The position numbers and the translations under genes were made by a program. Positions 1-11,895 of a stretch of 62,982 nt of DNA are shown piece by piece. Each line of letters begins with the position of its first letter. Positions within the stretch are counted from its first letter, which is position 1. This stretch comes from Eremomyces bilateralis CBS 781.70 (taxonomy: Eukaryota): the NCBI GenBank assembly GCA_010015585.1, contig ML975169.1; one strand, written 5' to 3'. A model generated the notes under the pieces. The model searched no databases. It had not been told where the DNA came from and saw only the letters and a program-made list of their open reading frames with translations.

Positions 1-707
1 GTAGATCTGGGGCAATTCCCGTTGATAGGTATTAGCTCTTCCCCGCAATGATTCTCGGGTAATTATCATAACCTAGGAAGCAGGAAGAGGGACAAAGAAA
101 AGATGGAGATGCCGGTAATCAACAGCAATTAGCATGCTGACATTTGACTCGATTAAGGCTAGAGAATGAAAATCCATTGCAAGATTCAGGCAGGATGACT
201 CGATGACATCGGAAATAAACCGGACAAAGTTCCAATCGTTGGGGAACGGATGGAAGTGAGATGCTTTAACCTACGAGTTAAACAAAAGTTATACAACGAC
301 GATGTGTACAAATTGGAGGTAGCTCAACCAGGTCTATATTCTCTCAACATTGTTTCGTTACACAGTGGCTATAGACAAATAGTAAAGCGGTATTTAACAA
401 CAATCACGATGAAGTTATCAATTGAGGTTGAATTGGGGTTTGAGGCGGAGATAATGGCACGGCCAACCATAACGACCATGATGCGTGTCCTCGTCACGCA
501 GTTCTCTCACATTTTGCAACCGCCAGGTGAACCTCACGAACATCTGTGATCTGAGTGCATCCTACCGTGAACAAAACAAGTTTCATTTCGTGTTCATACA
601 TAATCAGTACTGTTTTGAAAACCCCCACCACTACATTTATCCACCCATTTCATCGGTATACAATATCCAACGGGGTTATTGCCACCTATGAGTCCCTGGC
701 TGCATAT

Positions 708-1922
708 TTAGAAGATGGCAATCGCATTTGGAGGGCTTGCGACCCCTCCAGGCGTGTTCAAAGGTGCGCTTGTGAGGAGGAATGACCAACGATTCTGTCG
801 TTGACACTCCTCGCTCAGCGCTTCAAGGTCCCACAATTCGCCGATCGGCTATCAAATGCGTTAGACCGCGCTCATAGTAGGATGAGGGTGCCTTACCATT
901 CCCCAGAGTGCCAATAGATGATCATGCAGCCCTAGAACGTTGGTCAGTCGAGGACGTGAACCATAATTGCGAACCTACGATTGGGAAATTTCGGCGGCCA
1001 TGCCTCGAATCCAATAGCATCTCCAGCCACTGCCGCGAAATGATTGTTCCAGAGCCATTCGATCGTCTCTGGGCAGCCCTCAACTCCAACGTACTCGTGG
1101 CCGTTGGAGACCTTTGCAGTTCTTGCTTCATCCGTTGCTTCTTCGTACCACTTGATCCACCCACTTCTCACAATGAGGATGTCTCCTTGGCGGAATTCGA
1201 TGTTTTGTTCTTTAGCGATTTGCTTCATGTCATCAAGCTTGATGCAATGGCGAGACATGGGATCATATTGGATGCCCTTCTTCTCTGCCCATGCACAGTA
1301 ATCGATCAAAACGCCGCGGCCAACAATGCCTCCCCTTTTGCTCCAGTCTATGTTTGTCAGCTTAGAACTTTCTTGCTTGCTTTTGAGTCCTTACAATCAA
1401 TTCCGAGATGGCTCGATTTGGGTATGTCGTCGTGATGGACACCGTTGTAATACCGTCCATTCTGAGAATACCCATAATGTCCTGAATCTAGTTAGCCTTT
1501 TCGATTTGGAGGAACTTATGAAACAAGCTTACGGAGACCATCCCATTGGCTTCCGGACTGGGTATTGATCGTTATCTCATCATCGTACGAATATTCCTCG
1601 ATCTTCTCCCTCCAATCCAGGATCTTATGCTGAAACTTCGTTCGACCGAATCCGGGGTTGAAAATTCGGTCCAGACTCCAATTCAAGACGACACTTCTAC
1701 CAGTCTTAATCTCCGACGATGCTTTTATAACCACTTCGGGGGTGAGTAAGTTGAAAGTCCCGACTTCGTCTTTCTCTCCGTCCTTGTCGAACAAGCCCCA
1801 CGCGGTTCCATGGCTACGTCGATGTCAGCATTGCCGAATGACATCTAGTTAACAGAGCTTGCATACGGCATCCCCTCAACTGGGGGCATATCCTTGTAAT
1901 CTGGTAGCTTCGGAATAGCCAT
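708..1922 (-). CDS. Putative cyclase-family (kynurenine formamidase-like) metal-dependent hydrolase, 6 exons
   Basis: The spliced reading gives MAIPKLPDYKDMPPVEGMP|HGTAWGLFDKDGEKDEVGTFNLLTPE...NTQSGSQWDGLR|HYGY...GGIVGRGVLIDY...GDILIVRSGW...LHDHLLALWGM|PIGELWDL...SAPLNTPGGVASPPNAIAIF*. This contains the eukaryotic cyclase motif QxxSQWDGxxH. Five GT-AG introns have CTRAC branch sites. Confidence 0.9.
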
Positions 1923-2506
1923 GATGATTGAAGCACTTCGAGGTATCTCTAACTTGAGAGGAGACTGCTCTCAAATCTAGTCAACACATACTATATCTAC
2001 TGATTTCCGTCTCACCCCTCTCGCCGTTTTATGTCGGTACGCGTTCTGAATGAAAGTGTGGGGTACCCTATCTTGATATTTCCGGTTCGGGTATAATGAC
2101 CCCTGGAACTGATATTCAGACCCCACCTTGCTCGGCTCTACCCCAGATACTCCGCATCTTGTACTTCTCATCGGATCAACACCACTGCTCGGTAATCGCA
2201 GGCCACATTCCGATTTCTACGTATGTTGTCATATTCTTTTCACCTGGGTAATAAATAGACGCCTTTCTGGCGGGGTTCCCCGGCAACGTCGGACCTACCT
2301 TCGGAGAGAGCAGGACTAAAGCTGAGGTGGATCATCACTTTTGAAGCTGCAGGCGACGGAAAGCTCTGCCATTTGTCGATAACTTCATATGTAGTTGAAG
2401 GTTTTTCGAAGTTACATTCCTCTTGCTTCTCGTTTCTCTAAGTCTACAACTCTCCAGGAAAAAGTCCCTTTAGTCTTTAGAACACCGACTTCCACCCTCT
2501 TCCACA

Positions 2507-4342
2507 ATGCCTACCAAATCAGTCCATCCGGACCTCGTAATTAGCGAGTGCAATATACTCGACTGGCTTTTCCCAGATGAGGCGTCTATCTCTGAAACTC
2601 CGGTGTGGATAGATGCTTCAGACTCGTCCCATTCTCTATCTCCCAAGCAACTGGTCGGTTGGGTGAAGCGTTTTGGACTTGGCCTCCAACAAATGGGATT
2701 TACCACCGGCGACTCTGCTCTCATCTTCAGCTACAACCATATATTCATTCCTGTTGCGTACTTGAGCACCGTGTGTCTTGGAGTTGCGTTCTCCGGCGCA
2801 AGCCCCGCGTTCACAGTTGCAGGTACGTTAAACGATGATTAAATTCGAACCTAATTGACATCGGACAATAGAGCTTGCCCATCAGATACGAACCGTGAAT
2901 CCCAAGATTGTGTATGTGCATCCGACTTTAGCGAAGACAGCAATTGCTGCTATGAAAGAAGTTGGACTGCCATTGGATAGGCTATATCTTGCTTCTGATA
3001 CCCCCTGCGAAGAGACAGATGGTTTGAAAGATTGGCGGAGCATTCAAGCTAGCGAACAGGATGCTCGACATTGGAGATGGCCCGCTTTTACTAAGGAACA
3101 GTCGCGCAAGATAGTGGGGACGATCAATTTCTCGTCGGGGTATGCTCATCCTTCAGGGAGTCCACATTCCGGAACTAACATCTCCTAGTACAACGGGTCT
3201 ACCGAAGGGTGTTGCAGTATCGCATTTCAATCTGATAAGCAACGTCAGTCAGATCCAGTCGATCTATAACTACGCCAAGGACGAGACATGGCTGGGGTTT
3301 CTCCCTCTCTATCATGCGTGTAAGTTGTCGACATCCCTGCGAGACATGCACATGGACTGACTTTTGTCCAGATGGCCAATGCTATGCCGTTCTGATTGCT
3401 ACGAAAAATAACATACCCATCACCATCATGAAGCAATTCAACTTGGAGCAGTACCTCCGTCTCATTGAAGAGAAACGCCCCACCCGCCTTCAAGCCGTGC
3501 CACCCATCCTCGTCATGCTAGATAAGCGACCGGAAGTCGCTAAGTATGATCTCAGCAGTGTGAAAGAGATCCTCTGCGGCGCTGCTCCACTTTCTCGCGA
3601 ACTACACCATGCGATTGAGAACAAACTGAACGTTCGAGTCACTCAAGGTTGGGGGATGTCGGAAACGACGTGCGCGGGTACAGGTGTTCCTTATCACAAG
3701 GAGCCGATAACGGGAAGCGTCGGTCTCCTGCTGCCCAACACCGTAGTGAAGCTGGTCGATGATGCAGGAAAAGAAGTAAAGCTGGGTGAGAGGGGAGAGC
3801 TCCTCGTCCAAGGCCCTCAGGTAGCTTTGGGATATTGGGGCAATAAGAAGGCCACGGACGAAACGTTCGTCGATGGCTGGCTGACCACGGGCGATATTGC
3901 GATCATGAATGCGGAGGGCTACATCTGGATTGTGGACCGGATCAAAGAATTGATCAAGGTCAATGCCCTGCAAGTCAGCCCGGCGGAGTTGGAAGCGGTC
4001 CTGATCGAAAACCCGAATATTGACGATGCAGCAGTGGTTGGAATCACCCTGTAAGCCCAGTGCCCACTAACTGAATTCCCCGCTAATGAACTTAGAAACG
4101 ACGAGGAACGGCCGCGAGCGTACATCACACTTGCAGAGTCCGCGAGGGGCAAAATCACAGAAGCACAAGTCCAAGAGTGGATCAAATCCAAGGTTGCGAA
4201 ACACAAGTGGCTGGCAGGGGGAGTCGTACTCGTCCCCGAGATCCCCAAACTTGCGAGTGGGAAGATCCAGCGCAAAGTGATGCGACAATGGGCGAAGAGA
4301 GATGCCGAGATAATTGAAAGCAGAGCAAAGGCTAAACTATAG
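2507..4342 (+). CDS. AMP-dependent acyl-CoA ligase (4-coumarate/phenylacetate-CoA ligase-like), peroxisomal (C-terminal AKL)
   Basis: Motifs FSSG|TTGLPKGV (AMP-binding), QGWGMSET, GWLTTGDI, DRIKELIK and IPKLASGKIQRK are present. There are 4 introns. The protein ends ...RAKAKL* (stop 4340-4342). Confidence 0.93.
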
Positions 4343-4401
4343 AAGTTGCGATAGAAGCAGCATAGATTTTACAAGACGAGCTCACAAACTTCGGGGTACG
4401 G

Positions 4402-5408
4402 CTAGATTCTTGAGAACAGGGGCGCCTCACGTCCTCCCCTGAACAAATCCAACATCTCCTTGCTCATCCAAATCTCCCTCGATTTCGCCAGTCCGCGCTC
4501 CAAATCCACCATGCGATCCGCCTGCACGAAGATCCCGGCACCATTGCCTTGCCGGCCTTGCTTGATCAAGTGGCCGACAGCCAGGGCGATGCTCTCGGCT
4601 TTGTTGATCGGCACGCCGGCCTTGGAAAATCCTTGAGCCAGGACCTCCTCGGACCCGCCATCTTCACGGTTTTGGCGGAGAATTGGTGTGACGGTAATCG
4701 CTGGTGCCACCACTGAGATGGCAATGTTAAGCTTCGCGGTCTCCTGCTTCATCGCGCGCATCAACCCAACCACGCCGTGTTTGGCGGCGGAGTAGAGCGG
4801 TGCGCCGGCACTGGCGAGGTAGCCTGCTAGCGATGCCTGTTTTTTCATCAACTTTGAAATTGAAAATGGAGAATGTCGAGACTTACGGTGCAGATGATCG
4901 AGCCCCCTGACTTGCTCTTCCGCATGAAATGGACGGCGAGTTTAACCGTATCGCAGAAAGCGTCCATGTCAATATTCAGGACACGGCGATCGGGCTCGGC
5001 CAGCCTTCCATTGTTATCATACTTGTCCGTGAAAAATTGATCTTCATGCTCCGCAATCCCTGCATACTCAGTCAGCATAATTTCTCGAGATACGAAGAAA
5101 TGCAGCTACGGACCGGCATTGGCAAAGACTGCGTCGATTTGGCCGAACTTGGCATAACCTCCCTCAAATGCCGCTCGTTGCTGTACCCACGAAGTGATCT
5201 CGGTCTTGTGGAAGAATAGTCGCTCCGATGGAATCCCCAGATCGGAGGGTGGAGGGGTGCGGTCGATGATGATGAACCTATTGGTATTGGAGACGCTATC
5301 GAGCAACTTCACGGTTGCGAGTCCAATTCCGGAGCTACCGCCGGTCACAACCACGACCTTATTCTCGATGCCTCTCAAATCGGCTTCTGTGACCCTAAAA
5401 GTATCCAT
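4402..5408 (-). CDS. Short-chain dehydrogenase/reductase (classical SDR)
   Basis: Rossmann motif TGGSSGIG, ANAG|I and catalytic YSAAK (YxxxK) are present. There are two introns. The protein ends ...PLFSRI*. Confidence 0.92.
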
Positions 5409-5664
5409 TTCGCTAAAATGCCCTTTTGTTACTGCCGGCGATTACCGAGGATATCCACGCTCTTAAAAGGAAGACAAACTTGAAAGGTACGAAAGAGGAG
5501 ATCGAATAAATAATTGGAAGGCAAGTTAGACACTGGACTCTGGGATTATACATGGAAATATGGAAAAAGAAATCGAACATTTACGCCAGGTGCCTCTCAT
5601 CAGTCATCTTGTATCAACTATCAAGGCTCTCCGCGGTTAATTTCTTAGGGACCAACCGACGACT

Positions 5665-5678
5665 CCCCGCATGCGGGG
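5665..5678. promoter_or_regulatory. Perfect palindrome CCCCGCATGCGGGG = inverted pair of CreA/Mig1-type SYGGRG sites upstream of the SDR
   Basis: The 14-bp palindrome is read directly from the sequence. Each arm matches the CreA consensus SYGGRG. It lies about 260 bp upstream of the SDR ATG. Confidence 0.4.
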
Positions 5679-6039
5679 GCGGGTGGGCCATACGGACGTA
5701 CAGTGTAGTGGAACGCTGCGCATGGTGGTAAGCCGTTCTATTAGGCATTTAGGCACGGCTGATATTTATAGCACTGTAGACCGTATTTCCGTTCTCGAAT
5801 GTCCATTGCTCTTGATACTAGAGACTAGATAGTCCCAAAAGTAGTTTATCAGTACGAATGGAAGCTCAGGTGAGGTTGGCTGGGAGAAAGTAGTGTGCCT
5901 CAGGCCATAAGGCACAACTACATATAGCACGTGACATCAACCCCCCTTGGAATCCTCTCTGGATTTGGTGAGCTGTCCTTGACGCGCTGATGGGATCACG
6001 AAGCAGCGCATCGTGTCTTCTTCTTCCACATCAACGAGG

Positions 6040-6863
6040 ATGGCGCGAGAAACATTTGGACGGCCTCGAATAGGCCAATTCCTATCCTACCTCCTCTTCG
6101 CCATACTAATTCTCCCTTCGCACGCCCTACATTTCTTCATCGACTCCGCCGGACCGAAATGTTTCTACGAGGAACTCCCGAAAGACACCATGGTAGTTGG
6201 TACGTATCAGGCCAATATATTTGGGATCATATACCTCGTAGATGCTAACGGTTGGTTGGGTAGGGGACTACAAAGCGGAGCGATTTAGTGAACAAACCGG
6301 CAAATACGAAATCGACAACCACATGAAAGTCTACATCTCAGTCGAGGAAGTGTTCGACAATGACCACCGCATCGTCAGCCAACACGGCGACGCGAAAGGC
6401 CGCTTCACATTCAGCGCAGCTGATTCCGGCGATCACCGATTATGTTTTGTCCCAACCCCGGCATCGATCGCGGGAAGCTGGCTCTCCGGCGGTCACCCGG
6501 ATAACAAGGGTATCAAGTTCACCTTGGACATGGTGATCGGCGAAACGAGTGCGATCGAGAGCAACGATAAGGGGAAGCTTCAGGATATTGTCACCCGAGT
6601 GAGGGATTTGAATGGGCGCCTGCAAGACATCCGGAGGGAACAGGTCTTCCAAAGAGTTGGTCCCCTGGAATTTGGAACCATTCTCGAGAACGAATATTAA
6701 CTTTCTGGCTTAGGAACGCGAATCCGAGTTCCGCGACCAGTCCGAATCGACCAACGCCAAGGTCGTAAAATGGACCCTCGTCCAGCTGGTGATTCTGGGC
6801 GTTACGTGTGCTTGGCAACTGTCGCATCTTCGATCATTTTTCATCAAACAAAAGCTCACGTGA
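6040..6863 (+). CDS. erp1: p24/emp24/gp25L family cargo receptor (Erp1-like, alpha subfamily)
   Basis: Signal peptide, then ALHFF...[15 protein letters not shown] domain ([17 protein letters not shown]), coiled coil [24 protein letters not shown], a TM helix and tail FFIKQKLT*. There are two introns. Confidence 0.9.
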
Positions 6864-8890
6864 GGGGCCCTTCGCGGTCAGGATATGCATCGGCCCAAAT
6901 ACAGGAGCATGGGAGATGATTCGGGGTTGGCGAATGGTTATGACAGCTTTAGTTGGAACGAATCCAAGACACATGCGGGATGTTCGAACATTCTCTATTT
7001 GTGTGGAGGACTGGGTGGCAGGCGTAATCCCGATGAATTCTAAGTCTGTCTTTTGACTGCAAAAAGTCCTAGCAAATCCCACTCGTGTCATTCTCCATTA
7101 TCAACAGGCTATTACGAACAGCAGAAAGTCTGCAAGTCGAATACGCATTGCATATATTGAAGCTTGCGTGTATGGGATCGCCCGAGCGTCCCGACAGCGA
7201 AGTCTAAAGTGTTGTTGTTCCGTATTCCATGAACAGGTCCATTGTCATAGCCTTGATTAGGTATCATACCCGTTCTATGTTGTAAATCATTACATGTTTC
7301 ATGGTGTTCGGGTATAGTAGCTCGCGAAGCCTCGAAATTGCCAACCTGGGGAGAGCAGGTACAAACATTCGTACGTCACCCACCCCCATCATCCGAGTGA
7401 TCATCATCCATCAGTTCTGGAAAGTTGATTTGGAGATAACATAAGGATCGCATCACTGGTGGCTAGAGTCGAAGTGAAGGCTAGCATATGCGCCACATCC
7501 TGCAACCTGGCCGAAGTGAGGGTCTGGCTGGAATCAGGGGCCCCTAGTCGAAATGACGTCGTGTGGCTCAACATCGTCACTGTACATAGTGCAGTACTTG
7601 TAGTTACAGTGCTTGTAACTACAGTAATACTTGTTTCACGTAGACCTGACCACTCCTACCAGGTCGGCATAAGAAATGTACTAATACCCAGGCGCTATGA
7701 ATCCTGCAAGTTCCGCTACGGGACTGATATAGCAGATATACGATAAAGTATATCGTCATACGCAGGAACCATGCCTGCTTAGTGCTTCCATGTTCTCCAG
7801 ACCTGGATTTAGGAAGCGATCATCCTCGAGAATACCTAAGCAGAAAGGCGCTATGACGAGGTTCTGTATTGTCAACTGTCCAGTGTCGACATCTCCTCCA
7901 CCATCTCGCCCTAAACCAGTTTTCTGAAGCCATTCTTACCGTCCATCAGGTTCTTTCAGTGGATCAAAGTGCTCATCCTTACCCTTCCCCGCAACCATGA
8001 TGTATGCCGGCGCTCCTTACGGGGCTCCGTCAGGCAATGATTTGGCCGTACAGACGGCCTTTGATGAGCATTGCAGTTCATACAATTCCGCCCTGTCCGA
8101 CCGATTGTCCGATCGAAGCTCGTCCATAAGTACGCGCAGTTTCCCCTCTGTTTGCAGTTTTCATTCATTCGATAGTCTACACAAATCAGAGACAACAAAT
8201 CCAACTTGCATATACCAACACCTCCACAGGCAATCACAAGCCCACACATCATCTCATATACCAACAAGTCCTACATCCACCGTCTACGAACACCGCTATT
8301 GTTCTCGCTGCGGCCATCCTCTTCCATTACCATTCCTAAGTTCCCATACTTCGACACACCGTCGGAGATATCAACACACACGACCCCCTGAGCACACTTC
8401 CCATCACAGACATTCCAGGCATCACCGGCACTCTGTTCCCCTTGCGCTCTCGTTCGACGACAACTCGCAGTCGGACCCCCACGATCCTCACATCCGCATT
8501 TACGACCCTAGCAGCGGACGTTCCTATCTTCGACCTCTTCCACGACATCAACTATCATCTGTCGACGAACAGCGAGCTCGTGAACAACTAGCCACCTTTC
8601 TCGACTCCGTGGATCCTCCTACCAGTCCGAACGATACTACATCCGAAGACGCAGAATCTCGACCAACAAGACCTCTGCGCTCAGCATCCACGCAAAGCAC
8701 CCTTCGCCCTACCAATCGACCCTCCGCCGCCGTTACTCAGTCACGAAGTGCTCCCGCCACCCTTATCGAAGGTCAAGTTCCAGAAGAAGAACCTGTCCCC
8801 CTTGAACTCCTCTCTCAAAACGCCGAGGTTCCCGTCGACGAAAACATCGAAGTTCAGCCTCAAACCCCAGAAACCAAGAAATCAAACATC

Positions 8891-9366
8891 ATGCGTCGCT
8901 CCCACCGTACCGTCGCTCCCCGCACCACCGCCACCCGTCGCCCCACTCTTGGTGAGCGTCTCCGTGGCCGTCGCGCCCGCACCACCACGAGGCGTACTCA
9001 TGGACACTCCTTGACAGGGCGTCCCACGACCACTACACACACTACTACTAGTCACACCACCAAGCACCCCCATGGTCACGGTCATGCCGGCTATGGTGCT
9101 GGTGTAGCCCCGGTCCACGGTCACGGTCATGGCTATGGTGGTGCTGGTATGGCCCCGGTCCACCATCAGAGGAGAAAGGCGAGCTTTGGTGACAAAGTTA
9201 GCGGTGCTCTGATGAAGTTGCGGGGCTCTTTGACAAGAAGACCCGGCCTGAAGGTAAGTTGATTCGCGCTGCTCTTTTCTTCGAAAATGAGACTAATGTA
9301 AACCAGGCTGCTGGCACTCGTCGTATGCACGGAACGGATGGACGCCGTCATCGCCATGCCTATTAG
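8891..9366 (+). CDS. Small basic His/Arg/Thr-rich fungal protein of unknown function (frame is open upstream to ATG 7997)
   Basis: The ATG at 8891 follows an A/C-rich leader. Intron 9254-9306 (gtaagt...ctaat...cag) joins HHQRRKASFGDKVSGALMKLRGSLTRRPGLK|AAGTRRMHGTDGRRHRHAY*, a motif I recall from ascomycete hypothetical proteins. Confidence 0.7.
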
Positions 9367-10040
9367 AGAGCAATGAGCGGAAGAATTGAATCACGGGTTT
9401 GGAGCTTTTGGAGCATGGAATAGAAGAATGACTTGCTGGCAAGGAGATCCGATTTGAGAGCCAGTTTCTTATGTTGATGGAACGTGTTACGATGATACCT
9501 CTTGACGAACCCTTGTACCATTAGCTGTATACTTAGCGAGAATCCTAATGATGATTCATGAATAACTCTGACTTGCACTCATTGAGCCATGGTAGTTCAG
9601 GACATCTTCTTACCGTGCTGAAAGGATGAATACAGCGCGTGAGAAAATAATGAATTCGTTAACATCAATATTTACCAAGCATCCTTCTGTTCTTAATAGC
9701 AGCTTAGACTAAGGTGGTGCTGTATACTCCATAGAATACACGTCGTTGGATATTTAGGAAAATGTAACAATCGTGATGAAAGGAGTGTTGGATAGCGGGA
9801 TGACGGGGATCAAGTGCACGTTCCACCAGCCGCGGATGTGACGCTCTTCAATCTCCGTCCCGCTTGACCTGGACATCGTCATTGCTTTAGGCTACAGAAT
9901 AATACTCCCTTTCGCTATCTGCTTCCAGATGAGAAACGTATCAGCCAATCTTTGAATCCAGCGAGAAACTACAGCGTTCAAACCATACCCAGCCCACCCT
10001 TACCCTATCCCGAAACCCCCTTCCCGGTCTCCGACACACC

Positions 10041-10914
10041 ATGTCCTTCGACGACTCCTCTCGCCTCGAGTCGCAGCCATCAGCATGGCGGCGCGAGGAC
10101 GACCCCCAATACACCGATGATCCGGAGTTCCGCACCTTCACCACCGAGCTGGGCGATAAGCTATTTAGCCTCACCAGCAACGTCTCGCGGTTGAGCCAAC
10201 AGGTCGCGCTGCTGGGCACGCGGCGGGAGACGGCGCGCGTGCGGGAACGGGTGCGAGATCTGATCGAGGAGACAGGGAACGGGTTCAAGGATATCGGCGA
10301 GGGCCTCAAGAAAGTATCGGCGTGGCCGGACTCTGGGGTATGTTGGGATCGCGATCCGACTGAGATGACCCGCTAACCCTCCGCAGCCATCGCAGAAGTT
10401 CACGCAAGGGAAACTGAACCGCGAGTTCCAAGCGTCGTTGACCGAGTTCCAAGCCCTCCAGCGCGCAGCGATCGACAAAGAGCGCGCCTCCGCTGCCGCC
10501 GCTCGTGCCGCGCTGGACGACCAACACCAGCAGGAGGCCGCGTCATCCGGCGGGCATGGGCTGCAGCAACAACACCAGCAGGAAGAGCAGCAGCACCTCG
10601 CCAACCAGGATGAGGTGGACTTCCAGGAGGGGCTCATCGTCGAGCGGGAGCGGGAGATCCGTAACATTGAGCAGAGCGTCACGGAGGTGCAGGAGCTGTT
10701 CCGCGACGTGGCGCACATGATCCACGAGCAGGGCGATCAGTTGGATATCATCTCCACGAACGTGGAGGGGGTACGGGATGATACGCGGGGGGCGCACGTG
10801 GAGCTACGGACGGCGCAGCGGCATCAAAGAAATGCGAGGAACAAGGCGTGCTGTTTGCTACTAATCCTGGCGGTTGTTCTGACCATTGTGATCTTGGCGG
10901 TTGTTTTAGCGTAG
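10041..10914 (+). CDS. pep12: Endosomal/vacuolar Qa-SNARE syntaxin (Pep12/Vam3 type)
   Basis: Habc region (LGTRRETARVRERV), SNARE motif EREREIRNIEQSVTEVQELFRDVAHMIHEQGDQLDII and a C-terminal TM anchor. There is one intron. Confidence 0.9.
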
Positions 10915-11462
10915 TTCGAAATCATTGGGTACAAGGACTTGTTGTTTCCCATGGGTACCGCCTGGGGTTCCTATATGGTCATTTCACTGGAGTTTGGGGG
11001 GTATGGGTGCGGCTCTGATCTATCCGGATGCGGTTTAGATATCAGAGAGGGACCTGTTTTGTATATTCTTTCTAGCGCTGAGAAGTCTGATTGCACTGAC
11101 GTGAGGCAGTGCTACGGCTCTTTTAATCAACCCTCATACAACTGACAGCGCCCTATCGTCGCCTCCCCCAGTGTCTACCACGGTACTGAATTTGACAATG
11201 GATGTACCACATCATTCTGCAGCACCACCTCGTCTTGGACCAAGACTAACATGGATCTCTGTTGAGGTACCGGTACAGTATGTTGATCAAGAGTGAAAGA
11301 TGCATCATGAGCTGGCCACGACGGTGAATCTAGGTACCGTATTACTATCCCGTACCGGTACAGCAAACTGCCGCTTTTGTGCTATTCAGAGCACGTACTG
11401 GTACCCATGTTAGGGGCAATTTGCGTCAAGGTTCCTTCCCAATCTCGCGATGAGCTAAACCT

Positions 11463-11498
11463 AGATGACAATGACAATGACAATGACGACGATGATAA
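11463..11498. repeat. Imperfect (GACAAT)n/(GAY)n microsatellite
   Basis: agatgacaatgacaatgacaatgacgacgatgataa. Confidence 0.6.
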
Positions 11499-11895
11499 CA
11501 CCAGAATTATCGAAACGTTTGGAAGAACCCCACCAACCTTTCTCAAAACTTCTTCATCTCCCACTCTTACTTCCTCCATTCCGCACATTCAATTCTACTT
11601 CTCTCTCAGTTGATCAATCCTCTTCGGGGTATAAGTGGCTATAGGATCCCTTCGCCGGGTCAGGATACGACCGTTGTTAAAACCTGTGAAGCTCTATCAG
11701 CTTCCTATCTCATACCCTTCCCTGTAAGTCACTTACCCGAACCCGAGAAGAGAAAGGACCTTTTGCTGACACTATAGCAGTATCCTGAGGAGAAGCCCGT
11801 TCTTCCAATTATCTGGACTGTGTTGCGTCAAGCCAGCCTGACCGAACGCGTACTCCAATCGAAGTCCTCACTTCAAGTTCGACCTATCTGATCCA

